The notes beneath the pieces are model-generated. The model had not been told where the DNA came from. It did not search any database and saw only the letters and a list, made by a program, of their open reading frames with translations. DNA of 64,000 nucleotides from Mobula hypostoma (Eukaryota): assembly GCF_963921235.1 (NCBI RefSeq), contig NC_086097.1, forward strand, positions 105,278,001 through 105,342,000. Direction: 5' to 3'. Positions 1 to 13,167 of the stretch are shown here, one piece after another. The stretch's first letter is position 1; every line of letters starts with the position of its first letter. A program made the translations under genes and the position numbers.

Positions 1-430
1 GGGTGTGCTTCCTCAAAGACAACTGGCAGGAGTGTTGCAGGATATCTTCAATCTTTGACTGCTGCAGTCAGAGGTGGAACATCTGCTTCAAAAAGGTGCC
101 CAACAGCAGGGTGTGCTTCCTCAAAGACAACTGGACAGTTGCACTCACATCTACTGAATGAAGTGCTTTGAGAGGTTGGTCACAGCCAGAATCAACTCCT
201 AATGTTCTGGAGCTGCTGCAATTCGCCTGTCACCACAATAAGTCTACAGTGGATGCAATCTCACCGGCTCTGTACTTGGCCTTGGATCATCTGGACAATA
301 GCAATACCTCAGGCTGCTGTTTATTGACTGCAGCTCAACATCTAACACCATCATACTTCAGTTCTAATCAACAAGCTCCAAAACTTGGGTCTCTATACAT
401 TTCTTGACTTCCTCACCTGAGACTACAGTC
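1..430 (+). mobile_element. Degenerate Rex1/Babar-like LINE RT fragment
   Basis: Decayed RT-like segments (LQFACHHNKSTVDAIS...LDHLDNSNT) resembling Rex/Babar ORFs; a ~30 bp stretch (gggtgtgcttcctcaaagacaactgg) is duplicated at 1 and 110. Confidence 0.55.
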
Positions 431-459
431 AGTGTAGATCAGAAATAACTCCGAAAGTA

Positions 460-2210
460 CTCTAAATCTACATCCTAACAATATCTTCCCAACCACTGAG
501 GTCAGACTAAATGGCCTATGATTTATTTTCACAAACAAGAGAAAATCTGCAGATGCTGGAAATCTAAGTAAACACTGCAAAATGCTGGAGGAACTCAGCA
601 AGTCAGGCAGTATCAATGGAAAAGAGTAAACAGTTGATGTTTTTGGGCTGAGACCCTTCAGCAGGACCTACCTCAGGACTCTTCCTGAAGGGTCTCAGCC
701 TGAAATATTGACTGTACTCTTTTCCATAGATGCTGCCTGGCCTGCCGAGTTCTTCCAGCATTTTGCACTTGTTGCTATAATTTCTTTTCTTCCGCTTCTC
801 TCCTTTCTTGAAGAGTGAAGCAACATTTGCAAATTTTCTTTCCTCTGGAATCAAGCCAGAATCTATTGATTCTTGAAAGATCATTACTGATGCCTTCACA
901 ATCTCCTTATCATCACTTTCAGAACCCTGGGGTGTACACCATCTGGTTCAGGTGATTTAACTACCTTCAGGCCTTTCAGTTTCTCCAGCACTTTCTCGCT
1001 AGCAATGGCAACTTCACTCACTTCTGCCCCATAGCACTCTTGAACTTGCAGCATACTGCTAATGCCTTCCACAGTGAAGACTGAAGCAAAATACTTCTTC
1101 AGTTCATCCTTCATTTCCTTGTCCCCCATTACCACCTCTCCAGCATCATTTTCCAGTGTCTGATATCTACTCTCGCCCCTCTTTTACACTTCATATATTT
1201 GAAAAAACTTTTGGTATCTTTCTTAATATTATTAGCTAGCTTACCTTCGTATTGCATCTTTTCCCTTCTTTGTCTTTTTTAGTTGCCTTCTGTTGGCTTT
1301 TAAAAGCTTCCGAATCCTGACTTCCCATGATTTTTTGCTCCATTATATGCCCTCTCTTTGGCTTTTAAGTTGGCTTGGACTGCCTTTGTCAGTCGCGGTT
1401 GTGTCATCCTGCCCATAGACTACTACTACTTCTTTGGGATGTATCTATCCTGTGCCTTCCGCATTGCTCATCTACTGTCATCCCTACGAGTGTCCCCATC
1501 CAGTCAACTTTGGCCAGCTTATCCCTCATCTTTGTAATTCTCTTGACACCACTGTAATACTGATACACCTGACTTTAGCTTCTACTTCTCCATTTACAGA
1601 GTGAATTCTATCATATTATGATCACTGTTCCTTTACCTTGAGGTCTCTAATCTATTTTGGTTCTTTACACAACACCCAGTCCAGAATAGCTGATCCCTTA
1701 GTGGACTAAGCCACAAGCTGATCTAAAAAGCTGTTTCATAAGCATTCTACAAAACTCCCCTCTCCCCCGGAATCCAGCACCAACTTGATTTTCCCAATCT
1801 ACCTGCATATCGTAACACTGCCCTTTTGACATGCATTTTCTACCTCGGAGGTCTGTATTTCACTTCCATCAGGGACTTTATATTCTTGCAGTTTCTTGGC
1901 TCTAGCCACAACGGTTCTATTCTTTCTGATCATATGTCATCTCTTTCTGATGATTTAATTTCAGTTTTTACCAACACAGCCAACCCACCCCCTCTGCCTA
2001 ACTGCCCTTCCTTTCAATACAATGTGTATAGTTAGACATTAAGCTCCCAGCTATAATCTTTCAGCCATGATTCAGTGATGCCCACAACATCATACATGCC
2101 AATCTGTAACTGTTCACCTTCCCAATTCCTTATACTACATGCATTCAAATACAACACATTCAGTCCTGTATTTGTCACTCATTTTGATTTTGTCCCCATT
2201 TTACATTGCA
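460..2210 (-). mobile_element. Degenerate CR1 LINE (EN-RT linker and RT start)
   Basis: ORF fragments KSPEPDGVHPRVLK, ANVASLFKKG, KYFASVFTVE typical of CR1 ORF2; interrupted by the 531-774 fold-back element. Confidence 0.85.
531..774. mobile_element. Short palindromic Penelope-derived element (two inverted 3' ends with degenerate hammerhead motifs)
   Basis: Arms ~579-665 and ~684-766 are reverse complements; flanked by ctatgatttattttc (516-530) and ctataatttcttttc (775-789), a probable 15 bp TSD with 2 mismatches. Confidence 0.75.
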
Positions 2211-2318
2211 ACTTGACCCACTGAGTAGAAGAGATCGCTCCAAGAACCAACAGAAACCCAACAGGCTTTGTCACCTATGCCATAAAAAAATGAGAAAAAG
2301 GAAAGATGGTTTGCTTAC

Positions 2319-2424
2319 CTAAAAATTGCCGATGCAGGACTACGAGGGCTACGACATGGCCGGGCAGATGTCCTTCAAGTTCACAATGAGTCTTGTTGGA
2401 AGAAAATACAGCAAAGTCAGAAGT
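2319..2424 (-). other. Candidate internal exon (106 nt) of the minus-strand transcript
   Basis: Polypyrimidine tract plus tcccAG acceptor and TAG|GTAAGC donor, in non-repeat sequence with retained CpGs; product not recognised. Confidence 0.5.
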
Positions 2425-2647
2425 CTGGGAATGGACGAGATGGAAAATAAAATTGAGAGGCAACTGAAAATTGAAGGGAATACCAGTGTCATGCAAAGCA
2501 AGAGACCAAACTGCATTTGGTTTCTATTTTTCATAGCTCAATTTTCAACTTTGAATCAGCAACTGTTAACATATCAGATAAGGTGAAGAAGAGCGCTGAA
2601 CAGGACTAGAATAAGCACCTTACCACACATCCCACAAATATACTCAC

Positions 2648-2712
2648 CTTTTACAGGATGGAGATGGCCAATTAATGGACAAGCATATTAGAATCCAAAC
2701 TCTTGATTGAGT
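2648..2712 (-). other. Candidate internal exon (65 nt) of the minus-strand transcript
   Basis: ttactccAG acceptor and consensus AAG|GTGAGT donor; 223 nt intron to the 2319-2424 candidate. Confidence 0.45.
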
Positions 2713-3016
2713 CTGGAGTAACGCAAACACCAAATAAGATTGGCAGATAAATTCTTGTGAAGAGCTTGAATTACACAGATTTTTAGAAAACACAAAAAAG
2801 TAGGCTATTTAACTATGATCATAGCTCATTCAGTCTTGTTTCAACTTTCTTCCCATATTCCTCGATCCCTCTGACCCCAAGAATAATATGCAACTCAACC
2901 TAGCAGTCTATCGATACATTTTGGAGAAAACCCTGCCTGGTTGCATCACGGCCTAGTATGAAAACACCAATGCCCTCGAACGGAAAAGCTTACACAAAAA
3001 AATAGTGGATATAGCA

Positions 3017-4790
3017 ATTCTAGCATGGATAAAGCAGTGGCTGATTGGCAGGAAACAAAGAGTGAGAATAAAGGGGAGCCTTTTCTGGTGTTCCACACTG
3101 GTCTGTGTTGGGACCAATTCTTTTTATGTTATGTGATGGAATTGATGGCTTTGTTGCAAAGTTTGCAGACAATATGTACAAACCATTTGTAGATAGGTGG
3201 AGGGGCAAGTAGCTTCGAGGAAGGAGAGGTTACAAAAGGACAGACAGATTAGAGGAATGGGCAAAGAAATCGCAAATGGAATAGTGTCGAGAAGTGCATG
3301 GTCATGCACTTACAGAAAACTGGTGCAAAGGGACTTACAAGTCCTTGTGCAGGATTCCCTAAAGGTAATTTGAAGGTCGAGTCTGTGATGAGGAAGGCAA
3401 ATGCAATGTTAATATTCATTTCAAGAGGGCTGTAATATAAAAGCAAGGATGTAATGTTGAAACTTTATAAAGCACTGGTGAGGCCTCACTTAAGAGTACT
3501 GTGAGCAGGTTTGGGCACCTTAGAATGGATGTGGTGAAACTGGAGAGGGTTCAAAGAAGATTCATGAAAATTATTCCAGGATTGAATGGCTTGTCATTTG
3601 AAGAGCTTCTGTTGGTTCTGGGCCTGTATTAACTAGAATTCAGAAGAGTGAGGGGTGACTTCATTGAAATTTATTGAATGGTGAAAAGCCTTGATAGAAT
3701 GGATGCGGACAGAATGTCTCCTATGGTGGGAGAGTTTAAAACCAGAGGACATAGACTCACAAGAGTCGCATCCTTTCAGAATGGAGATGAGGAGGAATTT
3801 CTTTAGTGTCACGCAGATGAGAAACTGCTAGAAAGTTCAGCAGTCTGATGAACAAGGAGGCAATTAAAAGAGAGTGAGAATACAGCGCAAGCTGAGACAC
3901 GAGCTGGGAAGTCACCATGGTAACAGCTCAGAGCGGTTGAGCTAACGGATGCTGGAATTTTGGAGGGATTATAAAAAGTTGATCCTTCGGTCTGATAACG
4001 GCAGAGGAGACACGACACGAGAGAACTGCGGAAGCTACCCGAGAAACCACGGTAGAGGTTAAGACCACCACGAGGGTGGAGGCAACAGACCGATTAATTT
4101 CGACCCGTGATTACCAGTGCGGGTAAGAGCTTGCCTGTGGGGGTCTGCTGTTGGCGAACTTGTGCCGTAGGTTAGTAGACCGTTCCCTAGATGTTCTCTG
4201 TCCATCACACAAAGTGACTCTGAAGACTTCGGAAGCAAGAAAAACTAAAGCTGCCAACTGGAACATCAACTCAATTAACTCTCTCTCTCCCAATCAATTC
4301 AACTCAACTCAACACAAAGTGAACTGAACTGCTTAAACTTACCTGACACCGACCTCCTGGACTATTATTTTTGTATCACATTTACGGATGGATATATATA
4401 TATCTGTATATAGTAGTTTATAACCTGTATTGTATTATTCAGTTTAATGTTAATAATTCGTAGTAGTAATAAATATAGTCTTAATTTATAGCAAACCAGA
4501 CTCCAGGTGTGTTCCATTTCTGCTGGTCCTTTTCAACCCGTCACGGGTTTCGTGACATTAGCCAGAGAGTGGTGAATCTGTGGAATTCTTTGCCACAGGC
4601 ATTTGTGGAGGCCATCTTTATGTATATTTAAGGCAGATGTTGATAGATTCTTGATTGGTCAGGGTGTGAAGGAATACAGGAAGAAGGGAAGAGACTGGGG
4701 CTGAGAGGAAAAATGGATCAAACATGATGAAATGGCACAGCAAACTTGATGGGCCAAGTGGCTTAATTCTGCTCCTTTATCTTATGGTCA
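3017..4790 (+). mobile_element. Degenerate CR1 3' half, interrupted by a solo LTR
   Basis: CR1 RT/3' motifs (KFAD, LYKALVRPHL, gtgaatctgtggaattct); the sequence ggaatttctttag|ccagagagtgg is split at 3807-4557. Confidence 0.85.
3807..4557 (+). mobile_element. Solo LTR, Gypsy-like (751 bp)
   Basis: TGTCACG...CGTGACA inverted termini, exact 4 bp TSD TTAG (3803-3806, 4558-4561), TATAAAA near 3970 and AATAAA near 4468. Confidence 0.9.
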
Positions 4791-5373
4791 TAACCCAGAC
4801 TATCACAGGAAAAGCCTTCCCACCATCCAGACCACGTTCTTCAGGGAGTATATTTTAACATATATATACTTCAATAATAAATTTGTATTTTGAACTTTGA
4901 ACATATTTAATGGCTTGACTTTAGCTTCTGTGCAGAAGAATTCCACAAGTCAAAGTTCTCTGGAGAAAATTTTTTTCATCTCAATGCTAAATGGTTTATC
5001 CCTGATTGCAACCCTAGTCATAGAGTGAAGTTTCTCAGCACAGAAACAGGACCTGAAGTCCAACTCATCCATGCTAAACAAGTTGCCTTCATGAGCCTAT
5101 TTGGCTTACTTCAGCCGATATCCCTCTAAACCTTTCCTAATTACAGTTGTAAGAAATTCATGAACCCTTTGCAGTTATCTGGTTTTATGAATTAATTGCT
5201 CATAAAAAGTGGTCTGATCGTCATCTAAGTCACAATAATAGACAGTTTCTGCCTAAACTAATAACACACAAACAATTGTTCTTTTCAAGTCTTTATTAAA
5301 CACATTGTTTAATCATTCATAGTGCAGGCTGGAAAAATATGTGAACGTATTTAGTAACTGGTACAACCTTCTT

Positions 5374-6137
5374 TAGTCATAGTCATACTTTATTGATCCC
5401 GGGGGAAATTGGTTCTCATTACAGTGGCGCATGCACCATAAATAATAAATAGTAATAGAACCATAAATAGTTAAATAGTAATAAGTAAATTATTATGCCA
5501 GTAAATTATGAAATAAGTCCAGGACCAGCCTATTGGCTCAGGGTGTCTGACCCTCCAAGGGAGGAGTTGTAAAGTTTGATGGCCACAGGCAGGAATGACT
5601 TCCTATGACGCTCTGTGCTGCATCTCGGTGGAATGAGTCTCTGGCTGAATGTACTCCTGTGCCCACCAGTACATTATGTAGTGGATGGGAGACATTGTCC
5701 AAGATGGCATGCAACTTAGACAGCATCCTCTTTTCAGACACCACCGTGAGAGAGTCCAGTTCCATCCCCACAACATCACTGGCCTTACGAATGAGTTTGT
5801 TGATTCTATTGGTGTCTGCTACCCTCAGCCTGCTGCCCCAGCACACAACAGCAAACATGATAGCACTGGCCACCACAGACTTGTAGAACATCCTCAGCAT
5901 CCTCCGACAGATGTTAAAGGACCTTAGTCTCCTCAGGAAATAGAGACGGCTCTGACCCTTCTTGTAGACAGCCTCAGTGTTCTTTGACCAGTCCAGTTTA
6001 TTGTCAATTCGTATCCCCAGGTATTTGTAATCCTCCACCATGTCCACACTGACCCCCTGGATGGAAACAGGGGTCACCGGTGCCTTAGCCCTCCTCAGGT
6101 CTACCACCAGCTCTTTAGTCTTTTTCACATTAAGCTG
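5374..6137 (-). mobile_element. 5'-truncated Rex1/Babar-like LINE (RT C-terminus and 3' UTR)
   Basis: ORF 5538-6143 LNVKKTKELVVD...YKYLG...QSRLYFLRRLRSF; AATAAA and short-repeat tail near 5375-5395. Confidence 0.85.
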
Positions 6138-6460
6138 CAGCAATAGTCTCTACCAAACATTTCCTATAGCTGCTGATCAGACTTGCACAACAACAAAGAG
6201 GAATTTGAGACCATTCCTCCATGCAAAACTGTTTCAGTTCATAAATATTTCTGGGATACCTTGCATGAACAGCCCTCTTCAGGTCATGCCACAGCATTTC
6301 AATTGGGTTGTAAACACAAAATAATCTTCAGATGCTGTAAAAGATCAAAACAACACTTTCAGTACGCTGGATAAACTCAGCAGGTCGGGCAGCATCAGTC
6401 AGAAACGATGAGTCGACGTTTCTGGCCGGAATCCTTCGTCAGGACTGAAGAATGAAAGAT

Positions 6461-8039
6461 GTTCATTCAAAAAAATCCCCAGGGCCAGATGGTCTGCATC
6501 CCAGAGTGCTTAAGGAAGTAGCCCAAGAAACAATGGATGCATTAGTGATAATTTTTCAAAACTCGTTAGATTCTGGACTACTTCCTGAGGATTGGAGGGT
6601 GGCTAATGTAACCCCACTTTTTAAAAAAGGAGGGAGAGAGAAACTGGGGAATTATAGACCGGTTAGCCTAACGTTGGTGGTGGGGAAACTGCTGGAGTCA
6701 GTTATCAAAGATGTGATAACAGCACATTTGGAAAGCGGTGAAATCATCGGACAAAGTCAGCATGGATTTGTGAAAGGAAAATCATGTCTGACGAATCTCA
6801 TAGAATTTTTTGAGGATGTAACTAGTAGAGTGGATAGGGAAGAACCAGTGGATGTGGTATATTTGGATTTTCAAAAGGCTTTTGACAAGGTCCCACACAG
6901 GAGATTAGTGTGCAAACTTAAAGCACACGGTATTGGGGGTAAGGTATTGATGTGGATAGAGAATTGGTTAGCAGACAGAAAGCAAAGAGTGGGAATAAAC
7001 GGGACCTTTTCAGAATGGCAGGCAGCGACTAGTGGGGTACCGCAAGGCTCAGTGCTGGGACCTCAGTTGTTTACAATATATATTAATGACTTGGATGAGG
7101 GAATTAAATGCAGCATCTCCAAGTTTGCGGATGACACGAAGCTGGGCGGCAGTGTTAGCTGTGAAGAGGATGCTAAGAGGATGCAGGGTGACTTGGATAG
7201 GTTGGGTGAGTGGGCAAATTCATGGCAGATGCAATTTAATGTGGATAAATGTGAAGTTATCCACTTTGGTGGCAAAAATAGGAAAACAGATTATTATCTG
7301 AATGGTGGTCAATTAGGAAAAGGGGAGGTGCAACGAGACCTGGGTGTCATTATACACCAGTCATTGAAAGTAGGCATGCAGGTACAGCAGGCGGTGAAAA
7401 AGGCGAATGGTATGTTGGCATTTATAGCGAGAGGATTCGAGTACAGGAGCAGGGAGGTACTACTGCAGTTGTACAAGGCCTTGGTGAGACCACACCTGGA
7501 GTATTGTGTGCAGTTTTGGTCCCCTAATCTGAGGAAAGACATCCTTGCCATAGAGGGTTCACCAGATTGATTCCTGGGATGGCAGGGCTTTCATATGAAG
7601 AAAGACTGGATGAACTAGGCTTGTACTCGTTGGAATTTAGAAGATTGAGGGGGGATCTGATTGAAACGTATAAAATCCTAAAAGAATTGGACAGGCTAGA
7701 TTCAGGAAGATTGTTCCCGATGTTGGGGAAGTCCAGAACAAGGGGTCACAGTTTGAGGATAAGGGGGAAGCCTTTTAGGACTGAGATTAGGAAAAACTTC
7801 TTCACACAGAGAGTGGTGAATCTGTGGAATTCTCTGCCACAGGAAACAGTTGAGGCCAGTTCATTGGCTATATTTAAGAGGGAGTTAGATATGGCCCTTG
7901 TGGCTACGGGGATCAGGGAGTATGGAGGGAAGGCTGGTGCAGGGTTCTGAGTTGGATGATCAGCCATGATCATAATAAATGGCGGTGCAGGCTCGAAGGG
8001 CCAAATGGCCTACTCCTGCACCTATTTTCTATGTTTCTA
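6461..8039 (+). mobile_element. Young 5'-truncated CR1 LINE (RT domain)
   Basis: 372 aa ORF with YRPVSL, YLDFQKAFDKV, GVPQGSVLGP, KFADD; (tttctatg)n tail. Confidence 0.95.
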
Positions 8040-9210
8040 TGGGGAAAGATTTCAAGAATGCTTGTAGCGTCAGTTAGACCAGTAATTTGAAAGACAAAGG
8101 GGTGGGGGAGGGGAAGCATTGATGTCATAGCCCTGAAAACAATGGGTGGTAGAAGGTGGCGGAACCATGAGGGAGCTGGGGGAGGGGCAGAGTGAAATAG
8201 GGATAGAGGAAGGGAGGGGGAGGGAATTACCGGAAGTTGGAGAATTCTATGTTCATACCAAGGGGCCGGAGACTACCAAGACGGTATCTGAGGTGTTGCT
8301 CCTCCAACCTGAGTTTAGCCTCATCATGGCAGTAGAGGAGGCCATGTATGGACATAACTGAATGGGAAGCAGAGTTGAGTGGGTGGCTACCGGGAGATCC
8401 TACCTGTTGTGGCGGACACAGTGGAGGTGCTCCATGAAGCGGTCCCCCAATCTGCATCGGGTTTCACCGATGTAGAGGCCGCACTGGGAGCACCGGATGC
8501 AATAGATGACCCCAACAGACTCACAAGTGTTGTCTCACCTGGAAGGACTGTTTGGGGCCCTGAATGGTTGCAAGAGATGAGGTGTAGGGACAGGAGTAGC
8601 ACTTACGCTTACAGGGATAAGTGCCGGGTGGGAGATCAGTGGGGATGGACGTGTGGATAAGGGAGTCGCGGAGGGACCGATCCCTGCGGAAAGCGGAGAG
8701 AGGCGGAGAGGGAAAGATGTGCTTAGTGGTCGGGTCCTGTTCAAGGCGGCAGAAGTTGCGGAGGATAATGTGCTGGATCTGGAGGCTGGTGGGGTGGTAG
8801 GTAAGGACAAGGGGAACTCTGTCCTTGTTGTGGTTGCGGGAGGATGGGGTGAGGGTCGAAGTGTGGGAAATGGAGGAGATGCGGGTGAGGGCATCATTGA
8901 TGACGGTAGAAGGGAAACCACGATCCTTAAAGAAAGACGACATTTGAGATATCCTGGAACAGAAAGCCTCATCCTCGGAGCAGATGCGGCGGAGACTGAG
9001 GAACTGGGAATAGGGAATGGCATTTTTGCATGTGGCGGGGTGGGAAGAGGTATAGCTCCCTCATGGTTCCGCCTCCTTCTTCTACCACCCATTGTTTTCA
9101 GGGCTATGACGTCAATGCTTCCCCTCCCCCACCCCTTTGTCTTTCAAATTACTGGTCTATCAACTGACGCTACAAGCATTCTTCAAATCCTTCCCCATCT
9201 TTCATTCTTC

Positions 9211-9246
9211 AGTCCTGACGAAGGGTTCCAGCCCGAAACGTTGACT
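9211..9246 (+). ncRNA. Minimal type I hammerhead ribozyme motif (PLE-associated)
   Basis: AGTC-CTGACGA-A-GGG-TTCCAG-CCC-GAAAC-GTT-GACT: core boxes, stem II GGG/CCC, stem I AGTC/GACT; inverted partner at 6411-6446. Confidence 0.7.
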
Positions 9247-11009
9247 CATCGTTTCTGACTGATGTTGCCCAACCTGCTGAGTTCATCCAGTGTACTGAAA
9301 GTGTTGCTTTGATCTCAATTGGGTTAAGGTCTGCACTCTTATTTGGCCATTCCAAAACATGAATTTTCCTCTTTAAACCATTCTGTTGTCGATTTCCTCT
9401 GTGTTTCAGATCATTGTTTTTTTGCATCATCCAACTTCTATCAAGCTTCAAGTAATGGGCGACTACCCTGACATTCTCCTGTAAAATGTCTTGATACGAT
9501 TTTGAATTCATTGATCCCTCAATGATTGCAAGCTGGCCAGGCCCTAAGGCAGCTGAGCAGCCCAAAATCATAATGCTCCTTCCACCATGTGAACAGTTGG
9601 GATGAGGTTTTGGTGTTAGTCTGCAGTGCCTTTTTTCTTCCAAACATAATGGTGCTAGAAACTTAACTTTCTACTAGAAAGTTCAACTTTTGTTTCATCT
9701 GTCCACAGAACATTGTGGAATATCCAGATGGTCTTCTGCAAACTTGAGACATACAACAATGTTTTTAATGGAAAGCAGTGGTTTCTTCCATGGTGTCCTT
9801 CCATGAGCACCATTCTTGTTCAGTGTTTTTCTTTGAGTGGACACGTAAAGGCATACTTTAGCAAGTTCTAGCGATTTCTGCAGGTCTTTTGGGTTCTTTT
9901 TCATCTCCTTCAGCATTGCACATTGTGCTGTTGGTGTGATCTTTGCAGGACACCCACTCCTCGGGATGAGTTTCCTCCAATTGTAGAGTTTCTCTTACTG
10001 TGGATTGATGAACACTCAGGTCTTTAGAAATGCTTTTGTAGCCTTTTCCAGCTTCATGCATCTCGACAATTCTTCTTCTGAGCTCCTCTGAAAGTTGTTT
10101 TCATTGAGGCACGATGCACGTAAACAGATCTTTCTTGAGAAGGGCAGGCTCTGTCAGTAAACTGACTTTATGTGTCTTTTTTTAAATCGGGCAGGGCACC
10201 TCTACAACCCATACTGCCAATCTCATCTCATGATTGGAACATCTGACTCCAGATAGCTTTTGTAGAAGGCATTACCCCAGAGGTTCATATACTTTTTTGA
10301 ACCCAGACTGTGATTGCTTGAATGGTGTTCCCAGTACTGAGGAAAAGTACAGGTGTTTGTGTGTTATTAGTTTAGGCAGATTGCATTTGTCTCTGACATT
10401 GATGAAGATCAGACCACATTTTATGAGTAAATAATGCAGAAAACCAGCTAACTGCAAAGGGTTCACAAACTTTTTCCAGCAATTGTACATCCCTTTGCAG
10501 ACTAGACTCTTTCCTCACAATTGGATTTTTTGATCCAATTGTGAACACCTGACTGATGTATGGCTCGTACACATAAATGAGTTTGAGAGACCAACCAGAT
10601 GGATTCTCTGGCATCTTCTGTTGTTTGAGAACTCAATTTGCAGGTGCATTTCTGATTTGCAAACTGTTTGGGTTACACACATTTTTTCGCAGGAGGGGAA
10701 TACTGCCATAACCTGAGGAGAACTTGTTTCTGAAGTCATTAATATAATCTGTTAATATGCTGTACCGACCCACGTGTCACACAGTAGCCAATCTATGCCT
10801 GACAGTCGGAAAATTACACATTTATCCTGACTGTCGTTTAAACATTAGCCCATCTTTTAGCCATATCCGAACACCGCAAACTCTAAACTTAAGAAGTAGC
10901 TTACTGAGCAATGTATTATCAATGTCACCTGGGTCTCATTATTACTTTGTTGGAGCCTCGGCAGGAAAGGCGGCTCAGGGGCAGCGACTAGTTGGTATTT
11001 TTGTATTTA

Positions 11010-11525
11010 TAGAACATAGAATAGTACAGCACAGTACAGGCCCTTCGGCCCACAATGTTGTGCTGACCCTCAAACCCTGCCTCCCATATAAGCCCCACCT
11101 TAGATTCCTCCATATACCTGTCTAGTAGTCTCTTAAACTTCACTAGTGTATCTGCCTCCACCACTGATTCAGGCAGTGCATTCCACGCACCAACCACTCT
11201 CTGAGTAAAAAAACCTTCCTCTAATCTCCCCCTTGAACTTCCCACCCCTTACCTTAAAGCCATGTCCTCTTCTACTGAGCAGTGGTGCCCTGGGGAAGAG
11301 ACGCTGGCTATCCACTGTATCTATTCCTCTTATTATCTTGTACACCTCTATCATGTCTCCTCTCATCCTCCTTCTCTCCAAAGAGTAAAGCCCCAGCTCC
11401 CTTAATCTCTGATCATAATGCATACTTTCTAAACCAGGCAGCATCCTGGTAAATCTCCTCTGTACCCTTTCCAATGCTTCCACATCCTTCCTATAGTGAG
11501 ATGACCAGAACTGGACACAGTGTGC
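11010..11525 (-). mobile_element. CR1 3' fragment (same subfamily as 48950-51945)
   Basis: CVQFWSSHYRKDVEALERVQRRFTRMLPGL, FFTQRVVGAWNALP; (ttctatg)n tail. Confidence 0.9.
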
Positions 11526-12704
11526 TCCAAGTGTGAGAACATTCCTTCTCTCCACAGTACTTCTTTAATTCACTCAGTAAACCTCATGACTTCAGAATAC
11601 AAAAGGTTGTGGTTTGAGTGAAGTGGAGATCCTGGTGATCTGTGGAATGCTGCAACTCTTACAACTTGTGAGAAATCAAGAGACTTCAAGTGTCTCTATG
11701 GACAATGGTAAAGAAGTGGCTCCAGCTACAAACAAAGATGGAATTACATCTACGCTGTTGAGGACATCGTGGGCAACATGCTTAGTGATCTGGTCACTCT
11801 ACGATTATTGCCTACATAGGCAGGAAGTGAGCGGATGACCACCAGATTGTAGATGTAGTCAGGGAGTACAGGAATTCCCTGCGGGTAACTATTTCTCAAA
11901 CAGATGTACTGTTGGGAAGGATGGCCTCAGAGGGTAAAGCAGCGGCAGCCAAGTTACAGCACAACTGACTCTTCTGCTTAAGAAAGTGGCAAAAAAAATT
12001 AGAACTACAGTGAATGGATTGTAAGGAGATGAGATATGGATTTCTGTGCTCGCAAACAAGGTCCTTAAGGTTTGGGGACAAACTGGAGGTCTCATCAATT
12101 GAGGCAATACAGACGAAAATAAGCAAGATGCAGCCACTCTATAGGCCTCCCAGTAGCCAGCAGGAGATAAAAATATGTAGATAGGCTGTGGAAAGGTGGG
12201 AAAGGAACAGGATTGCTAGAGTGGGCATTCTAATATCCACAACATTGACTAGGGTTTCCTGTAGAAGAGTATTAGATGGGTCAGAATTTCTTCAGTGCAT
12301 CTGAGAGTGTTTCTTGAAACAGTATGTGGATAATCGAACAAGAGTGACCATACTTGACTTTGTTTTTGCAAAATGAGCCAGGCCAGGTGACCAGCCTTGC
12401 AGTGGGAGGGCATCTGAAAATAGTGATCATTACTCCTTAGATTTTAAGATAGCTCTGAATAGGGTAAGTACAGGCCTTGTGATAAAATACTAAATTGGGG
12501 GAAGGTAAAACATAACATTAACAGAAGCGCAGAGTTATTTGGGAGCATCTGTGTTACCAAGCAAGTTCAGATCTGACAAGTAGGAGTTGTGTAATGACAA
12601 GCTGATCAAAGCTCAGGACCAGTGTAAGGAGAAAAGACAAGAAAGGGTAATGGAATGCTGAATGACGAGAGCTTAGGAATTTAGTCATAAAAGAAAAGGA
12701 AGCT

Positions 12705-13167
12705 ATATAGGACCCTGGTCAGACCGCACTTGCGGAGCACTGTGCTCAGTTCTGGTCGCCTCACTACAGGAGGGGTGTGGAAGCTATAGAGAGGGTGCAG
12801 AGGAGATTTACAAGGATGTTGCCTGGATTGGGGAGCATGCCTTATGAGAATAGGTTGAGTGAACTTGGCCTTTTCTCCTTGGAGTGACGGAGGATGAGAG
12901 GTGACCTGTTAGAGGTGTATAAGATGATGAGAGGCATTGATCGTGTGGATAGTCAGAGGCCTTTTTCCAGGGCTGAAATGGCTAGCACGAGAGGGCACAG
13001 TTTTAAGGTGCTTGGAAGCAGGTACAGGAGAGGTGCAGTGGATCAGAGGATAAGAGGAGGTAGGTACAGAGGACATTTTTTTACACAGAGAGTGGTGAGT
13101 GCGTGGAATGGGCTGCCAGTGACAGTGGTGGAGGCGAATACGACAGGGCCTAAGAGACTCCTGGATA
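12705..13167 (+). mobile_element. CR1 3' fragment, cut by the ERV LTR
   Basis: MRGDLLEVYKMMRGIDRV...FFTQRVVSAWNGLP; ends abruptly at ctcctggata. Confidence 0.8.

Larger units (their letters stand above)
6310..9314 (-). mobile_element. Penelope-like element, 5'-truncated, with inverted terminal arm; hammerhead motif in each arm; contains a CR1
   Basis: PLE RT-thumb/GIY-YIG remnants (RVPLVLTYHP, EEQHLRYRLGSLRPLGMN); arms ~6343-6460 plus 8040-8177 versus ~9055-9314 are inverted; 11 bp TSD tcaattgggtt at 6299-6309 and 9315-9325. Confidence 0.85.
5144..10485 (-). mobile_element. Tc1/mariner DNA transposon remnant with nested insertions
   Basis: TA-CAGTTG...CAATTG-TA termini with ~200 bp imperfect inverted repeats; transposase fragments GKGYKSISKDL, HGGRSIMILGC, WPNKSADLNPIE. 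Confidence 0.85.

Noticed and set aside
2326..2586. Plus-strand ORF MPMQDYEGYDMAGQ
   Set aside because: No recognisable homology; splice signals point to the minus strand
2425..2647. Intronic snoRNA in the short intron
   Set aside because: No convincing C/D boxes; the hairpin before the ACA is too short for H/ACA
10515..10739. Minus-strand 74 aa ORF as a coding exon
   Set aside because: No recognisable homology and weak splice sites
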